A stretch of 57,293 bases of DNA from contig VGCX01000002.1 of the NCBI GenBank assembly GCA_016869935.1, positions 1-57,293 on the forward strand, read 5' to 3'. The position numbers were made by a program, and so were the translations under genes. A model generated the notes under the pieces. The model saw nothing but the letters and a program-made list of their open reading frames with translations. It made no database searches and had not been told where the DNA came from. Shown in pieces: positions 1 through 8,124 of this stretch. Each line of letters begins with the position of its first letter. Positions within the stretch are counted from its first letter, which is position 1. The stretch comes from Alphaproteobacteria bacterium (GTDB taxonomy: Bacteria; Pseudomonadota; Alphaproteobacteria; UBA7879; VGCX01).

Positions 1-448
1 TTGTGCGGGACTTGTTATCAATTTTAAAACGACGACAAAGAGCATCAAGGGATGCTGGAGATCCTGGAAATTTTTGCCTTGCAATTTTTAAAGTATCGAT
101 GATTTTATTATGTTTAATGATATCACGCTCTACAGTTTGCAATTCAAAATTTAGGAAAGACAAATCGAACGGTGCATTGTGAATAATAAGAACATCTTTT
201 TGGATGAAATTCAGAAACTCTTCTACGATTTCTTCAAAAGTTAAAAACTGTTTTAAAAATTCTGTCGATAATCCATGCACATTATATGCATCAATCGGTA
301 CATCCCTTTTTGGATTCAGATAATGATGAAACGTTCGTCCTGTTGGCAAATGATTGATAAGTTCTACACATGCTATTTCAACAATTTTATGACCAGCTTC
401 TGGCTTAAATCCTGTTGTTTCTGTATCTAAAATAATTTCCCTTATCAT
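1..448 (-). CDS. dnaQ: DNA polymerase III epsilon subunit (3'-5' proofreading exonuclease), N-terminal part; C-terminus lies outside the window
   Basis: Not in the ORF track because it runs off the window edge. Hand translation of the minus strand from ATG (448-446) gives MIREIILDTETTGFKPEAGHKIVEIACVEL...IIHNAPFDLSFLNFEL. It carries the DTETTG (Exo I) and HNAxFD (Exo II) motifs. Confidence 0.85.
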   Translation of the reverse strand, partial: MIREIILDTETTGFKPEAGHKIVEIACVELINHLPTGRTFHHYLNPKRDVPIDAYNVHGLSTEFLKQFLTFEEIVEEFLNFIQKDVLIIHNAPFDLSFLNFELQTVERDIIKHNKIIDTLKIARQKFPGSPASLDALCRRFKIDNKSRT

Positions 449-478
449 TGATTACACACACACTTATCCACAAAGATC

Positions 479-1384
479 TTATGTCGTTAATTTTGATAAT
501 AATGAATCAAGTTGCTCCATCGTTTCAAAATAAATACTGAGAACTTTTGTTTTCGGACCGACGATCAATTTTGCTTTTAACCCCAAAGCTGTTTCGATTG
601 CTTTTTCTGTTGCAAGCTTTTCTTGCTGATCATCATCTAAAACCTTACTTGCAGAAACTTTCCCTTTAGAGGACCCCGCTTCTGTTTTTTCTGCCACTTT
701 CATCTTCTGTGCAAGATTTTCTAACTCCCGCACATTAAGTTTATTCTTAACAGCTAACCTTGCAAGTTCTATTGCATTTGGATGACCTACAAGAGACCTG
801 GCAATACCAGCACTAATTTCATTCTTTCTTAAAAGATCTTTAATTTCTTCGGGTAACTTATTAAGACGCAAAACGTTTGCTACGTAGCTTCGACTTTTTC
901 CGATCATCTGGGCAATTTGTTCTTGTCCCATTGCTTCGCTTAATTTTTCTAATCCTTCTGCTTCTTCTAGGGCTGTCAAATCTTCTCTTTGAAGATTTTC
1001 CACGAAGGCGACAATCATTGCCTCTTCGTCTGTAATAGACTTAACGATAACAGGCACTTCAGAAAGTTCTGCTTTCCCAGCCGCGCGCCAACGACGCTCT
1101 CCTGCTATAATTTCATAATTACCTTCACTGACTTTTCTGACCAATAAGGGCTGTAAAACCCCATTTCTTTTTATCGACGCAGAAAGCTCTGAAAGCTCCA
1201 CCTCATCAAAAACTTTTCTCGGTTGATATGGGCTTGGTGTTAACTGATTCAACGATAAAAACTGATACTCAGAATTTATATTGTCTTTTTGATTATTTAC
1301 TACAAATTCATTGCTTTGATCTTGATCATCAATATCTCTTAAAATAGCTGCAAGACCCTGACCTAATACTTTATTTTTTTTCAT
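479..1384 (-). CDS. parB: Chromosome partitioning protein ParB
   Basis: ORF 479..1393. Likely start is MKKNKVLGQGL at 1384. It has the GERRWRAA ParB box and an HTH region, and sits directly downstream of parA with a 14-nt overlap. Confidence 0.9.
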   Translation of the reverse strand: MKKNKVLGQGLAAILRDIDDQDQSNEFVVNNQKDNINSEYQFLSLNQLTPSPYQPRKVFDEVELSELSASIKRNGVLQPLLVRKVSEGNYEIIAGERRWRAAGKAELSEVPVIVKSITDEEAMIVAFVENLQREDLTALEEAEGLEKLSEAMGQEQIAQMIGKSRSYVANVLRLNKLPEEIKDLLRKNEISAGIARSLVGHPNAIELARLAVKNKLNVRELENLAQKMKVAEKTEAGSSKGKVSASKVLDDDQQEKLATEKAIETALGLKAKLIVGPKTKVLSIYFETMEQLDSLLSKLTT

Positions 1385-2156
1385 TATTAACACCTTCTTT
1401 TTGCTGCCTAATAAATTCCCTAGCTAATTCTAAATAAGAACGAGATCCTTGGCAATTAATATCATAAACAGTTACCGGCAAGCCATGGGAAGGAGCCTCT
1501 GAAATTCTTACATTTCTTGGAATGATTGTTTGATACACTTTCTCTCCGAAATGCTCTCTCACTTCAGATTCAACAGAGTAACTTAAAGCGTTTCTTTTAT
1601 CAAACATCGTCAAAACAATTCCTTCAATTTCTAAAGATTTATTGATGCTTTTTCTGATAAGTTCGATCGTTTTAAAAAGTTGAGAAACTCCCTCAAGGGC
1701 ATAATATTCGCTTTGCAGCGGAACTAAAACACTATTCGCTGCTGCAAAAGCGTTGAGGGTTAACAAACTTAATGCAGGCGGACAATCAATAAAAATATAA
1801 TCGTATGTTTTTCCATCTAAACTTTTTTTTAGTTTAAACTCTCGATCGTTTGCATCAACAAGCTCTACCTCAGCACCATACAACTCAGGACCTGATGCCA
1901 ACAAAAATAAATTGGGAATCTTTGTTTCCTTAACACCCTGTTCCAACGATGAAAAACCCAGAAGAACATCATAGCTGCCAGGGCGCCTATTGTTACGGGA
2001 CAATCCCAATCCCGTACTAGCATTTCCCTGAGGATCTAGATCTACTATTAAAACTTTTTTCTGGATTGCTGCTAAAGCCGTTCCTAAATTTATAGTGGTT
2101 GTTGTTTTTCCAACACCACCTTTTTGATTAGCGACGGCAATTATTTTTGTGGACAT
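1371..2156 (-). CDS. parA: Chromosome partitioning ATPase ParA/Soj
   Basis: Deviant Walker A KGGVGKTT near the N-terminus. Classic rsmG-parA-parB order. Confidence 0.92.
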   Translation of the reverse strand: MSTKIIAVANQKGGVGKTTTTINLGTALAAIQKKVLIVDLDPQGNASTGLGLSRNNRRPGSYDVLLGFSSLEQGVKETKIPNLFLLASGPELYGAEVELVDANDREFKLKKSLDGKTYDYIFIDCPPALSLLTLNAFAAANSVLVPLQSEYYALEGVSQLFKTIELIRKSINKSLEIEGIVLTMFDKRNALSYSVESEVREHFGEKVYQTIIPRNVRISEAPSHGLPVTVYDINCQGSRSYLELAREFIRQQKEGVNNEKK

Positions 2157-2763
2157 TCTTAATTACCAAAATTCTTCCATTTTCGTTCGTCACACTATGA
2201 TGCAGTACTACATCAAATGCAAACTTTTTATATGCTTCTGTAATTTCCTCTTGGTATTTTTTTCCTTTTGGAAAAATATACTGCGTTTCTTTATGAGAAA
2301 TATTTTGTGTCCAAAGCAAAAGATTTTTCAATGGCGATACTGCTCGAGCGATAATAACATCGAAAGGTTTTTTTAAATTCTCCACTCTCTCACACACGAT
2401 ATTATTATCAATTAATGTTTCACGTGAAACATTTTTTAGAAACGTTGCTTTTTTCTCATTAGACTCAATAAGGGTTATACCAGAAACACCCATTATTCCT
2501 AGAACCACCCCTGGAAATCCAGCTCCAGAACCTATGTCACATATTTTTTTATTTTCTTCTATATAAGGATAAAGCTGCATACTATCGAATACATGTCTTT
2601 CCCAAATCTTTTCTTTTTCTCCTGATCCAATGAGATTAAAACTTTGATTATATTCAATAACTTTTTGCACGTAATAAAGCAAACGATCAAATGTTTCACG
2701 TGAAACATTTGTGTCAGGAAATAACCGCTGGTGTTCTTTTAAAAAATAATCATAAGAAATCAT
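2128..2763 (-). CDS. rsmG: 16S rRNA (guanine527-N7)-methyltransferase RsmG (GidB)
   Basis: 211 aa with SAM-binding DIGSGAGFPG. Lies immediately upstream of parA. Confidence 0.85.
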   Translation of the reverse strand: MISYDYFLKEHQRLFPDTNVSRETFDRLLYYVQKVIEYNQSFNLIGSGEKEKIWERHVFDSMQLYPYIEENKKICDIGSGAGFPGVVLGIMGVSGITLIESNEKKATFLKNVSRETLIDNNIVCERVENLKKPFDVIIARAVSPLKNLLLWTQNISHKETQYIFPKGKKYQEEITEAYKKFAFDVVLHHSVTNENGRILVIKNVHKNNCRR

Positions 2764-2802
2764 GATTATTCCTACGGCATAAAAGATTAAAAAGCAAGCA
2801 TC

Positions 2803-3351
2803 TTAATAATGAATGATATCATGAAAAACCGCTTTTTGTTTCGACAAGTTCCGATATCCGTGTGATTGATCAGCCTCAAACCCCAACCCCTCTCCCTCTT
2901 TAACAGAATGCCAAGCCCCCCTTACAAAAACTTCAAGCTCACCGGATGCAACAATTATATGTTCAACAACGCCTTTTTGATGCGCTGGAGAAAAGTGCTC
3001 ACAACCAGGAAGCAACTCGATAACAAAAACTTCAAATCTAAATTTTTCATCATAAGGAAATATCGGCATAACAAAAATTTTATCATCTTTTGGATGTAGT
3101 TGCTCCGGATTACCTATCCGATGCATTGATTGATTTTGATTTAAATCCTGGATAAAAAAGGAAAATGATACATTAAAGCCGCTAGCAATTTTCCAGAGCG
3201 TCGCAATTGTGGGGCTTGACTCACTTCTTTCTATTTGTCCAAGCATGGCTTTACTAACACCAGTTTCTTGACTTGCTCTATCTAAGCTCCATCCTTTTTC
3301 TTGGCGCAATGACTTTAAAATCTTAGGTATCCTTAATGATAGGTTTTCCAA
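2803..3351 (-). CDS. XRE-family HTH transcriptional regulator with C-terminal cupin domain
   Basis: N-terminal LRQEKGWSLDRASQETGVSKAMLGQIERSESSPTIATLWKIA is a typical XRE/Cro HTH. The C-terminal half has a cupin-like pattern (HxH...E...H). Divergent from the AlaX-like gene. Confidence 0.8.
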   Translation of the reverse strand: MENLSLRIPKILKSLRQEKGWSLDRASQETGVSKAMLGQIERSESSPTIATLWKIASGFNVSFSFFIQDLNQNQSMHRIGNPEQLHPKDDKIFVMPIFPYDEKFRFEVFVIELLPGCEHFSPAHQKGVVEHIIVASGELEVFVRGAWHSVKEGEGLGFEADQSHGYRNLSKQKAVFHDIIHY

Positions 3352-3375
3352 AATTCACCCCTTTATAAAAAATGC

Positions 3376-3419
3376 TTGTGCGTTATAACGTACAGTGCTA
3401 TATTGTGCGCTATAACGCA
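3376..3419. promoter_or_regulatory. Tandem 17-bp operator-like repeats in the divergent XRE / AlaX-like promoter region
   Basis: TTGTGCGTTATAACGTA (3376-3392) and TTGTGCGCTATAACGCA (3403-3419), starts 27 bp apart. The first contains the perfect palindrome CGTTATAACG; the second an imperfect one. Confidence 0.4.
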
Positions 3420-3429
3420 TAAAATGTAA

Positions 3430-4110
3430 ATGAAAGTTTTAAAAACGAAGAAGAATAATATGACAAAAAAGATATTTTGGAAAAACCCTTATTTAACTGA
3501 ATTAGATACCGTTGTGAAAAAAGTTAATGGCAATCAAATTACAGTCAATGAAACAATTTTCTATGCTTTTTCTGGAGGACAAGAAAGTGATTCTGGAACT
3601 ATAGGAGGGTACACCGTTTTAAATGCACAAAAAAATGGCAAAGAACTCTATTACACCCTTGATGATCAGCATCAACTTAAGGCTGGTGATAAAGTAAGAA
3701 TTATTGTTGATTGGAGTCGCCGTTATCAATTAATGCGATTACATTTTGCAGCTGAAATTATTTTAGAGCTCGCATACAAAAAATTTCCAACTATTTTAAA
3801 GACAGGGGCGCACATTGCTGAAGCCAAAGCACGTATTGATTTCAAATGCGAAGACAGTATCTCTAGTTCTCTAAAAGAACTACAGGCTCATGCTCAGTCT
3901 ATCATTGATTCAAGTCAGCCTATTATAAGCGCTTTTAGTGATGAAGTTACAGAAAGAAGATACTGGAAAATCAAAGAATTCTCACCGGTACCATGTGGAG
4001 GAACACACCCTCAAAATACAAAAGAGGTCGGTACGATAACCCTTAAGAGAATCAATCTTGGTAAGGGAAAAGAACGATTGGAAATTTTTATCAAAGAAAA
4101 GGAGAAATAA
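3430..4110 (+). CDS. AlaX-like alanyl/threonyl-tRNA synthetase editing-domain protein (tRNA_SAD type)
   Basis: 226 aa with a VPCGGTH (C-x-x-x-H) zinc motif and MRLHFAAE in place of the usual H-x-x-x-H. Layout resembles free-standing AlaX editing proteins. The start could instead be M11 (3460). Confidence 0.65.
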   Translation: MKVLKTKKNNMTKKIFWKNPYLTELDTVVKKVNGNQITVNETIFYAFSGGQESDSGTIGGYTVLNAQKNGKELYYTLDDQHQLKAGDKVRIIVDWSRRYQLMRLHFAAEIILELAYKKFPTILKTGAHIAEAKARIDFKCEDSISSSLKELQAHAQSIIDSSQPIISAFSDEVTERRYWKIKEFSPVPCGGTHPQNTKEVGTITLKRINLGKGKERLEIFIKEKEK

Positions 4111-4111
4111 A

Positions 4112-4522
4112 ATGAAATTTGAAAATAAACTTGTTGTCATTGTCAACAAAGAGATCGATATTGGTGTTGCAATGAATGCTGTAGCTCATGCTTCCTTTGC
4201 ACTTGGAGCCTCATTGAACGAGGAAAATTGTTTCCTACAAGCCAATATAGATGCCAGTGGCAACAACTGGAAAATTTCAGGAATACCTTATATTGTTTTA
4301 CGAGGAAAATCCAATGAGATTAAGAAGGCCGTAGCTGCAGCAAAGGAAGCCCATATCTTTAATCTTCCCTTTGTCGATAGCATGACCGGTGACACATACC
4401 TAAAACAGATAGAAAATATTTCTAAAAAAACAGAAGAAGAACATATCTACTATGCTGCTGTGATTTTTAGAAAATGGGATATTGTTTCCAGCATCACCAA
4501 AAAATTCTCTTTATATAAATGA
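4112..4522 (+). CDS. DUF2000-family protein (function unknown)
   Basis: ORF track starts at 4058, but ATG at 4112 follows GGAGAAATAAA (SD) and gives [33 protein letters not shown]. That matches my memory of the DUF2000 N-terminus. It starts 1 nt after the AlaX-like stop. Confidence 0.6.
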   Translation: MKFENKLVVIVNKEIDIGVAMNAVAHASFALGASLNEENCFLQANIDASGNNWKISGIPYIVLRGKSNEIKKAVAAAKEAHIFNLPFVDSMTGDTYLKQIENISKKTEEEHIYYAAVIFRKWDIVSSITKKFSLYK

Positions 4523-4571
4523 TTGTTTAATTATTTGAAATTAAAATACTCATAAATTTATCATTTTTCTC

Positions 4572-4702
4572 TTGACGAGATATTTTTTGTATTATAATTT
4601 TCATATGAAAAATATCTCTTTAGATATTTTTCTTCGACGGAGAGAGAGCCAGCGTCATGAAATCCTGCCTTGAAACTTCCTTGCTGGTTTCTCTCTCTTT
4701 TT
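4572..4702 (+). ncRNA. Candidate small RNA unit (promoter-like element, two hairpins, terminator) in a convergent intergenic gap
   Basis: TTGACG (4572-4577), 15-nt spacer, TATAAT (4593-4598). Perfect 11-bp hairpin GAAAAATATCT/AGATATTTTTC (4607-4632), then the terminator hairpin 4639-4702. No ORF. Confidence 0.25.
4639..4702 (+). terminator. Rho-independent terminator-like hairpin with T5 tail on the plus strand
   Basis: GGAGAGAGAGCCAGC (4639-4653) pairs with GCTGGTTTCTCTCTC (4683-4697). The stem has one bulge and G-U pairs that exist only on the plus strand. It is followed by TTTTT (4698-4702) and abuts the stop codon of the convergent ABC ATPase gene. Confidence 0.5.
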
Positions 4703-5396
4703 AAAAGCTTAAATCGACTAATTCTTTAGTATAAGAATTTTTGATCATACCACGACGTAAATTAGTTGATGTGATCCTTTCAATAACTTTTCCCTGCCGC
4801 ATAACAAGAATATCATTACACATAAAGGCAACCACTGGAAGATCGTGCGTCACCAAAATCATCGTAAATTTGTATTTCTCCTGCAAATCCTTCAAAAGAT
4901 TTAAAATTTCTGCCTGTACAGAAACATCTAAAGCAGAGGTTGGTTCATCAAGGAGCAAAACATCCGCCTGCATAACCAAAGCACGCCCAATCACAACACG
5001 CTGACGCTGTCCGCCCGATAATTCATGCGGATAGCGAAAATAATACTCTTCTCCAAGACCAACATTTTTAAGACATTGAATAATCAGACTTTTATCAACT
5101 ATTTTCTTTCTAATTTTTAAAGGCTCTTCAAGAATTCTTCCTATCGTATGATAAGGGTGAAGAGCACTATAGGGATCTTGAAAAACATACTGTAACGTTC
5201 CATTAAGCTTAAACGCGCCACTGTTTTGAGATACCATACCAGATAAAACATTTAAAATTGTTGTTTTGCCCGAACCACTTTCGCCAATAATTCCAAAAGA
5301 CTCTCCTTTTTTAACATCAAAAGAAACGTCTGACAGGGCTTGAAATTTTTGACCTTTTTTTTCAAAAATGACTGAAAGATTCTCAGCATGAATCAT
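4701..5396 (-). CDS. Peptide/nickel-type ABC transporter ATP-binding protein (DppF/OppF-like, short form)
   Basis: Walker A GESGSGKT, signature LSGGQRQR, Walker B LLLDEPTSALD. Last gene of a five-gene operon. Confidence 0.85.
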   Translation of the reverse strand: MIHAENLSVIFEKKGQKFQALSDVSFDVKKGESFGIIGESGSGKTTILNVLSGMVSQNSGAFKLNGTLQYVFQDPYSALHPYHTIGRILEEPLKIRKKIVDKSLIIQCLKNVGLGEEYYFRYPHELSGGQRQRVVIGRALVMQADVLLLDEPTSALDVSVQAEILNLLKDLQEKYKFTMILVTHDLPVVAFMCNDILVMRQGKVIERITSTNLRRGMIKNSYTKELVDLSF

Positions 5397-6205
5397 AAAT
5401 CTATTTCCTCCCTTTTTAAAATGGAAAGACGTTTTCTTGGATCATTCAATTTTGGTAAACACCTCAAAAGACCTTTTGTATAGGGGTGCTTTGACTTAGA
5501 AAGGTCTTGAGCCTTGCAAGAATCGACTATATGACCTTTATACATAACGATAACCCTGTGACAATAAGCAGATATAAGGGGTAAATCATGACTTACGATT
5601 ATAAGTGTCATCCCATTTTTTTTCGCTGTATCCCTTAAAAGATCTAAAATTTGCCTTTGTACATGGGCGTCCAAAGAAGACGTTGGTTCATCCGCAATTA
5701 AAAGTTTTGGTTTTAAAGCAAGCATCATCGCTATCATAACGCGCTGCCCCATCCCTCCAGATAGCTCAAACGGATAACTTTTTGCAACACGCAAAGGGTC
5801 TTGAATAGAAACTTCTTGGAGAGTTTTTAGCACTTTTTCATCCAAATTATCTTTGTCTCCCTTAAGAATAAATGCTTCTTTAATTTGGTCTTCAACGGTC
5901 AAAACAGGATTTAAGGACGTTTTAGGGTCCTGCAAAACCATAGCGATGTCTGATCTAACATTTTTTGATTCTTCCAGAGAAATCAATGATCCCAAAAATG
6001 AAAAAGAGTCAAAAGAAGCTGTCATATTTTGAGGCATCACACCCAAAAGAAATCTCATAAGCATTGTTTTACCCGAACCACTTTCACCAACAACACCCAA
6101 AATTTCTCCATTTTGAATAGACAAAGAGACACCTTGCACAATAAGATTTGTTTTTTCTTGCTGTGCTATAGAAAGAGTAAAATTTTTAAGGTCAATTATG
6201 TTCAT
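5393..6205 (-). CDS. Peptide/nickel-type ABC transporter ATP-binding protein (DppD/OppD-like)
   Basis: Walker A GESGSGKT, signature LSGGMGQR, Walker B LIADEPTSSLD. 4-nt overlap with the downstream ATPase gene. Confidence 0.85.
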   Translation of the reverse strand: MNIIDLKNFTLSIAQQEKTNLIVQGVSLSIQNGEILGVVGESGSGKTMLMRFLLGVMPQNMTASFDSFSFLGSLISLEESKNVRSDIAMVLQDPKTSLNPVLTVEDQIKEAFILKGDKDNLDEKVLKTLQEVSIQDPLRVAKSYPFELSGGMGQRVMIAMMLALKPKLLIADEPTSSLDAHVQRQILDLLRDTAKKNGMTLIIVSHDLPLISAYCHRVIVMYKGHIVDSCKAQDLSKSKHPYTKGLLRCLPKLNDPRKRLSILKREEIDL

Positions 6206-6206
6206 G

Positions 6207-7100
6207 TTAATAATTTTGCCTCGGGTCTATGACATCTCTTAAGCCATCTCCAACAAAATTTAAAGCCAGGCTTGTGATAAAAATTGCAAATCCTGGAGCT
6301 GTTGATACCCACCAATGATCTAAAAGATATGGTTGACCACTTGCGACCATTGTTCCCCATTCCGGCACTGGTGGTTGAACACCCAAACCCAAGAAACCAA
6401 ATCCAGCAGCCATGAGAATAACACCTGCCATATCATATGTCAGACGAACAATAACGGAGGGTAAACAAAGAGGGAGAACATAATGACGCAAAATATAAAA
6501 GGGCTTTGCCCCTTGCAGTTGAGCAGCTTTTACAAAATTTTCCTTACGAATTAATATTGTTTCAGATCTAGCAATTCGAGCATAAGATGTCCAAGCTGTT
6601 AAAGAAATAGCAACCACAAGACTTAAAAGTCCAGGTCCCATAGCCGCAACAAAAGCAAGAGCCAAAATAAGGCGAGGAAGAGCCAAAAAAATATCCGTAA
6701 GACGCATAAGAATTCGATCAATCCACTTACCCCCATATCCAGCAATAATACCAATTGCAACGCCCAAGGGAACAGTAAAGAATATAATAAGCACAACAAT
6801 ATAAATTGTTGTTCTTACCCCAAAAATCAACCGACTTAAAATATCTCGACCCAATTCGTCTGTTCCTAAAAGATAAACGCTTGATGGTTCTTGAAGGCGT
6901 AAGGAAAGGTCAACATTTGCTGGATCGTGGGGAGCAATAAAGGAAGCAAAAGAAGCAACAAGGATTAATAAAACTAAAAAATAAAAACTCCATAAAGATA
7001 TTTTATTTGATGAAAAAACAATCCAATTTCGATAAATTTTTTTCTTTTGTGCGTCATATGAACTTTTAGGAATCTCTGTCATAGTACTATTTTTTATCAT
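6207..7100 (-). CDS. ABC transporter permease (DppC/OppC-like)
   Basis: 297 aa, multi-TM, BPD-type inner-membrane component pattern, operon context. Confidence 0.85.
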   Translation of the reverse strand: MIKNSTMTEIPKSSYDAQKKKIYRNWIVFSSNKISLWSFYFLVLLILVASFASFIAPHDPANVDLSLRLQEPSSVYLLGTDELGRDILSRLIFGVRTTIYIVVLIIFFTVPLGVAIGIIAGYGGKWIDRILMRLTDIFLALPRLILALAFVAAMGPGLLSLVVAISLTAWTSYARIARSETILIRKENFVKAAQLQGAKPFYILRHYVLPLCLPSVIVRLTYDMAGVILMAAGFGFLGLGVQPPVPEWGTMVASGQPYLLDHWWVSTAPGFAIFITSLALNFVGDGLRDVIDPRQNY

Positions 7101-8097
7101 TTTTTGCCCTTGGGTCTATCAAATAATTAATACTATCAACTAAGGTATGTAAGCCTACAAAGACAACGCCCGTTAAAAACGTTGCCCCCAAAATAGCATT
7201 CATATCAACATTTTTTAAAGAATTCACTAGATAACTCCCAAGTCCAGGCCACGAAAAAACAGTTTCCGTTAAAACAGTTCCCTCTAAAAGGCCTCCATAA
7301 CTTAAGGCAACAACCGAAAGCAGAGGAACTCTAATATTAGGAATAATATGTTTCCAAATAATTTTTGAGGAAGAAACTCCTTTAACACGCGCAGTCAAAA
7401 TATAAGGTTTTCTCATTTCTGTCAGAACAAGGGAACGTGTCATTTTTGCAATATAAGAAAGATTAAAATACCCTAAAACAGCTGTTGGAAGGATAATGTG
7501 GTGAAGAGCATCTAAAAAGACATCAAAATCTCCCCTAAAAAGAGACTCAAATAATAAAAACCCACTTTTTGCATCATACCCTTGATAGTAAATACTTATT
7601 CTTCCAGGGCCTGGAAACCACCCCAAACCAAAATAAAAAATCAAAAGCAGAAGAAGGCCAAACCAAAATACAGGAATAGAGTATCCAACAAGAGAAACAC
7701 CCCCCACAAATTTATCAACCCAAGATCCATAACTTTTCGCTGCCCAAATACCACAGAAAATTCCCAAAGAAACCCCAAAAATCAAAGAAAATGTTGCAAG
7801 TTCAATCGTTGCAGAAAAGACATGCGCTAAATCCTCTAAAACAGGACGACTTGTTAGAAATGAATACCCAAAATCTCCACTAATAATCTTTTTTAAATAA
7901 AGAAAAAACTGCTCATAAACTGGCAAGTGAAGGCCCATAGAAATACGGGCCTTTTCATAAATTTCGGGAGAAGCAGATTCCCCCACAACGCTTAGAATCG
8001 GATCAATGGGTATCTTTCTGCCAATAAAAAACGTAATAACTAAAAGGCCCAAAAGCGTTAAGACGGTAACTAAAACTGATGAAAATACCTTTTTCAT
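7087..8097 (-). CDS. ABC transporter permease (DppB/OppB-like)
   Basis: 336 aa, multi-TM, C-terminal LIDPR typical of DppB/OppB permeases, operon context. Confidence 0.85.
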   Translation of the reverse strand: MKKVFSSVLVTVLTLLGLLVITFFIGRKIPIDPILSVVGESASPEIYEKARISMGLHLPVYEQFFLYLKKIISGDFGYSFLTSRPVLEDLAHVFSATIELATFSLIFGVSLGIFCGIWAAKSYGSWVDKFVGGVSLVGYSIPVFWFGLLLLLIFYFGLGWFPGPGRISIYYQGYDAKSGFLLFESLFRGDFDVFLDALHHIILPTAVLGYFNLSYIAKMTRSLVLTEMRKPYILTARVKGVSSSKIIWKHIIPNIRVPLLSVVALSYGGLLEGTVLTETVFSWPGLGSYLVNSLKNVDMNAILGATFLTGVVFVGLHTLVDSINYLIDPRAKNDKK

Positions 8098-8124
8098 CTT
8101 TTAAAAATCCAAAATCAATAACCC

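Noticed and set aside
4058-4111. Upstream extension of the DUF2000 ORF overlapping the AlaX-like gene
   Set aside because: The extension is out of frame with and inside the AlaX-like CDS. The ATG at 4112 has a good SD and gives a family-typical N-terminus.
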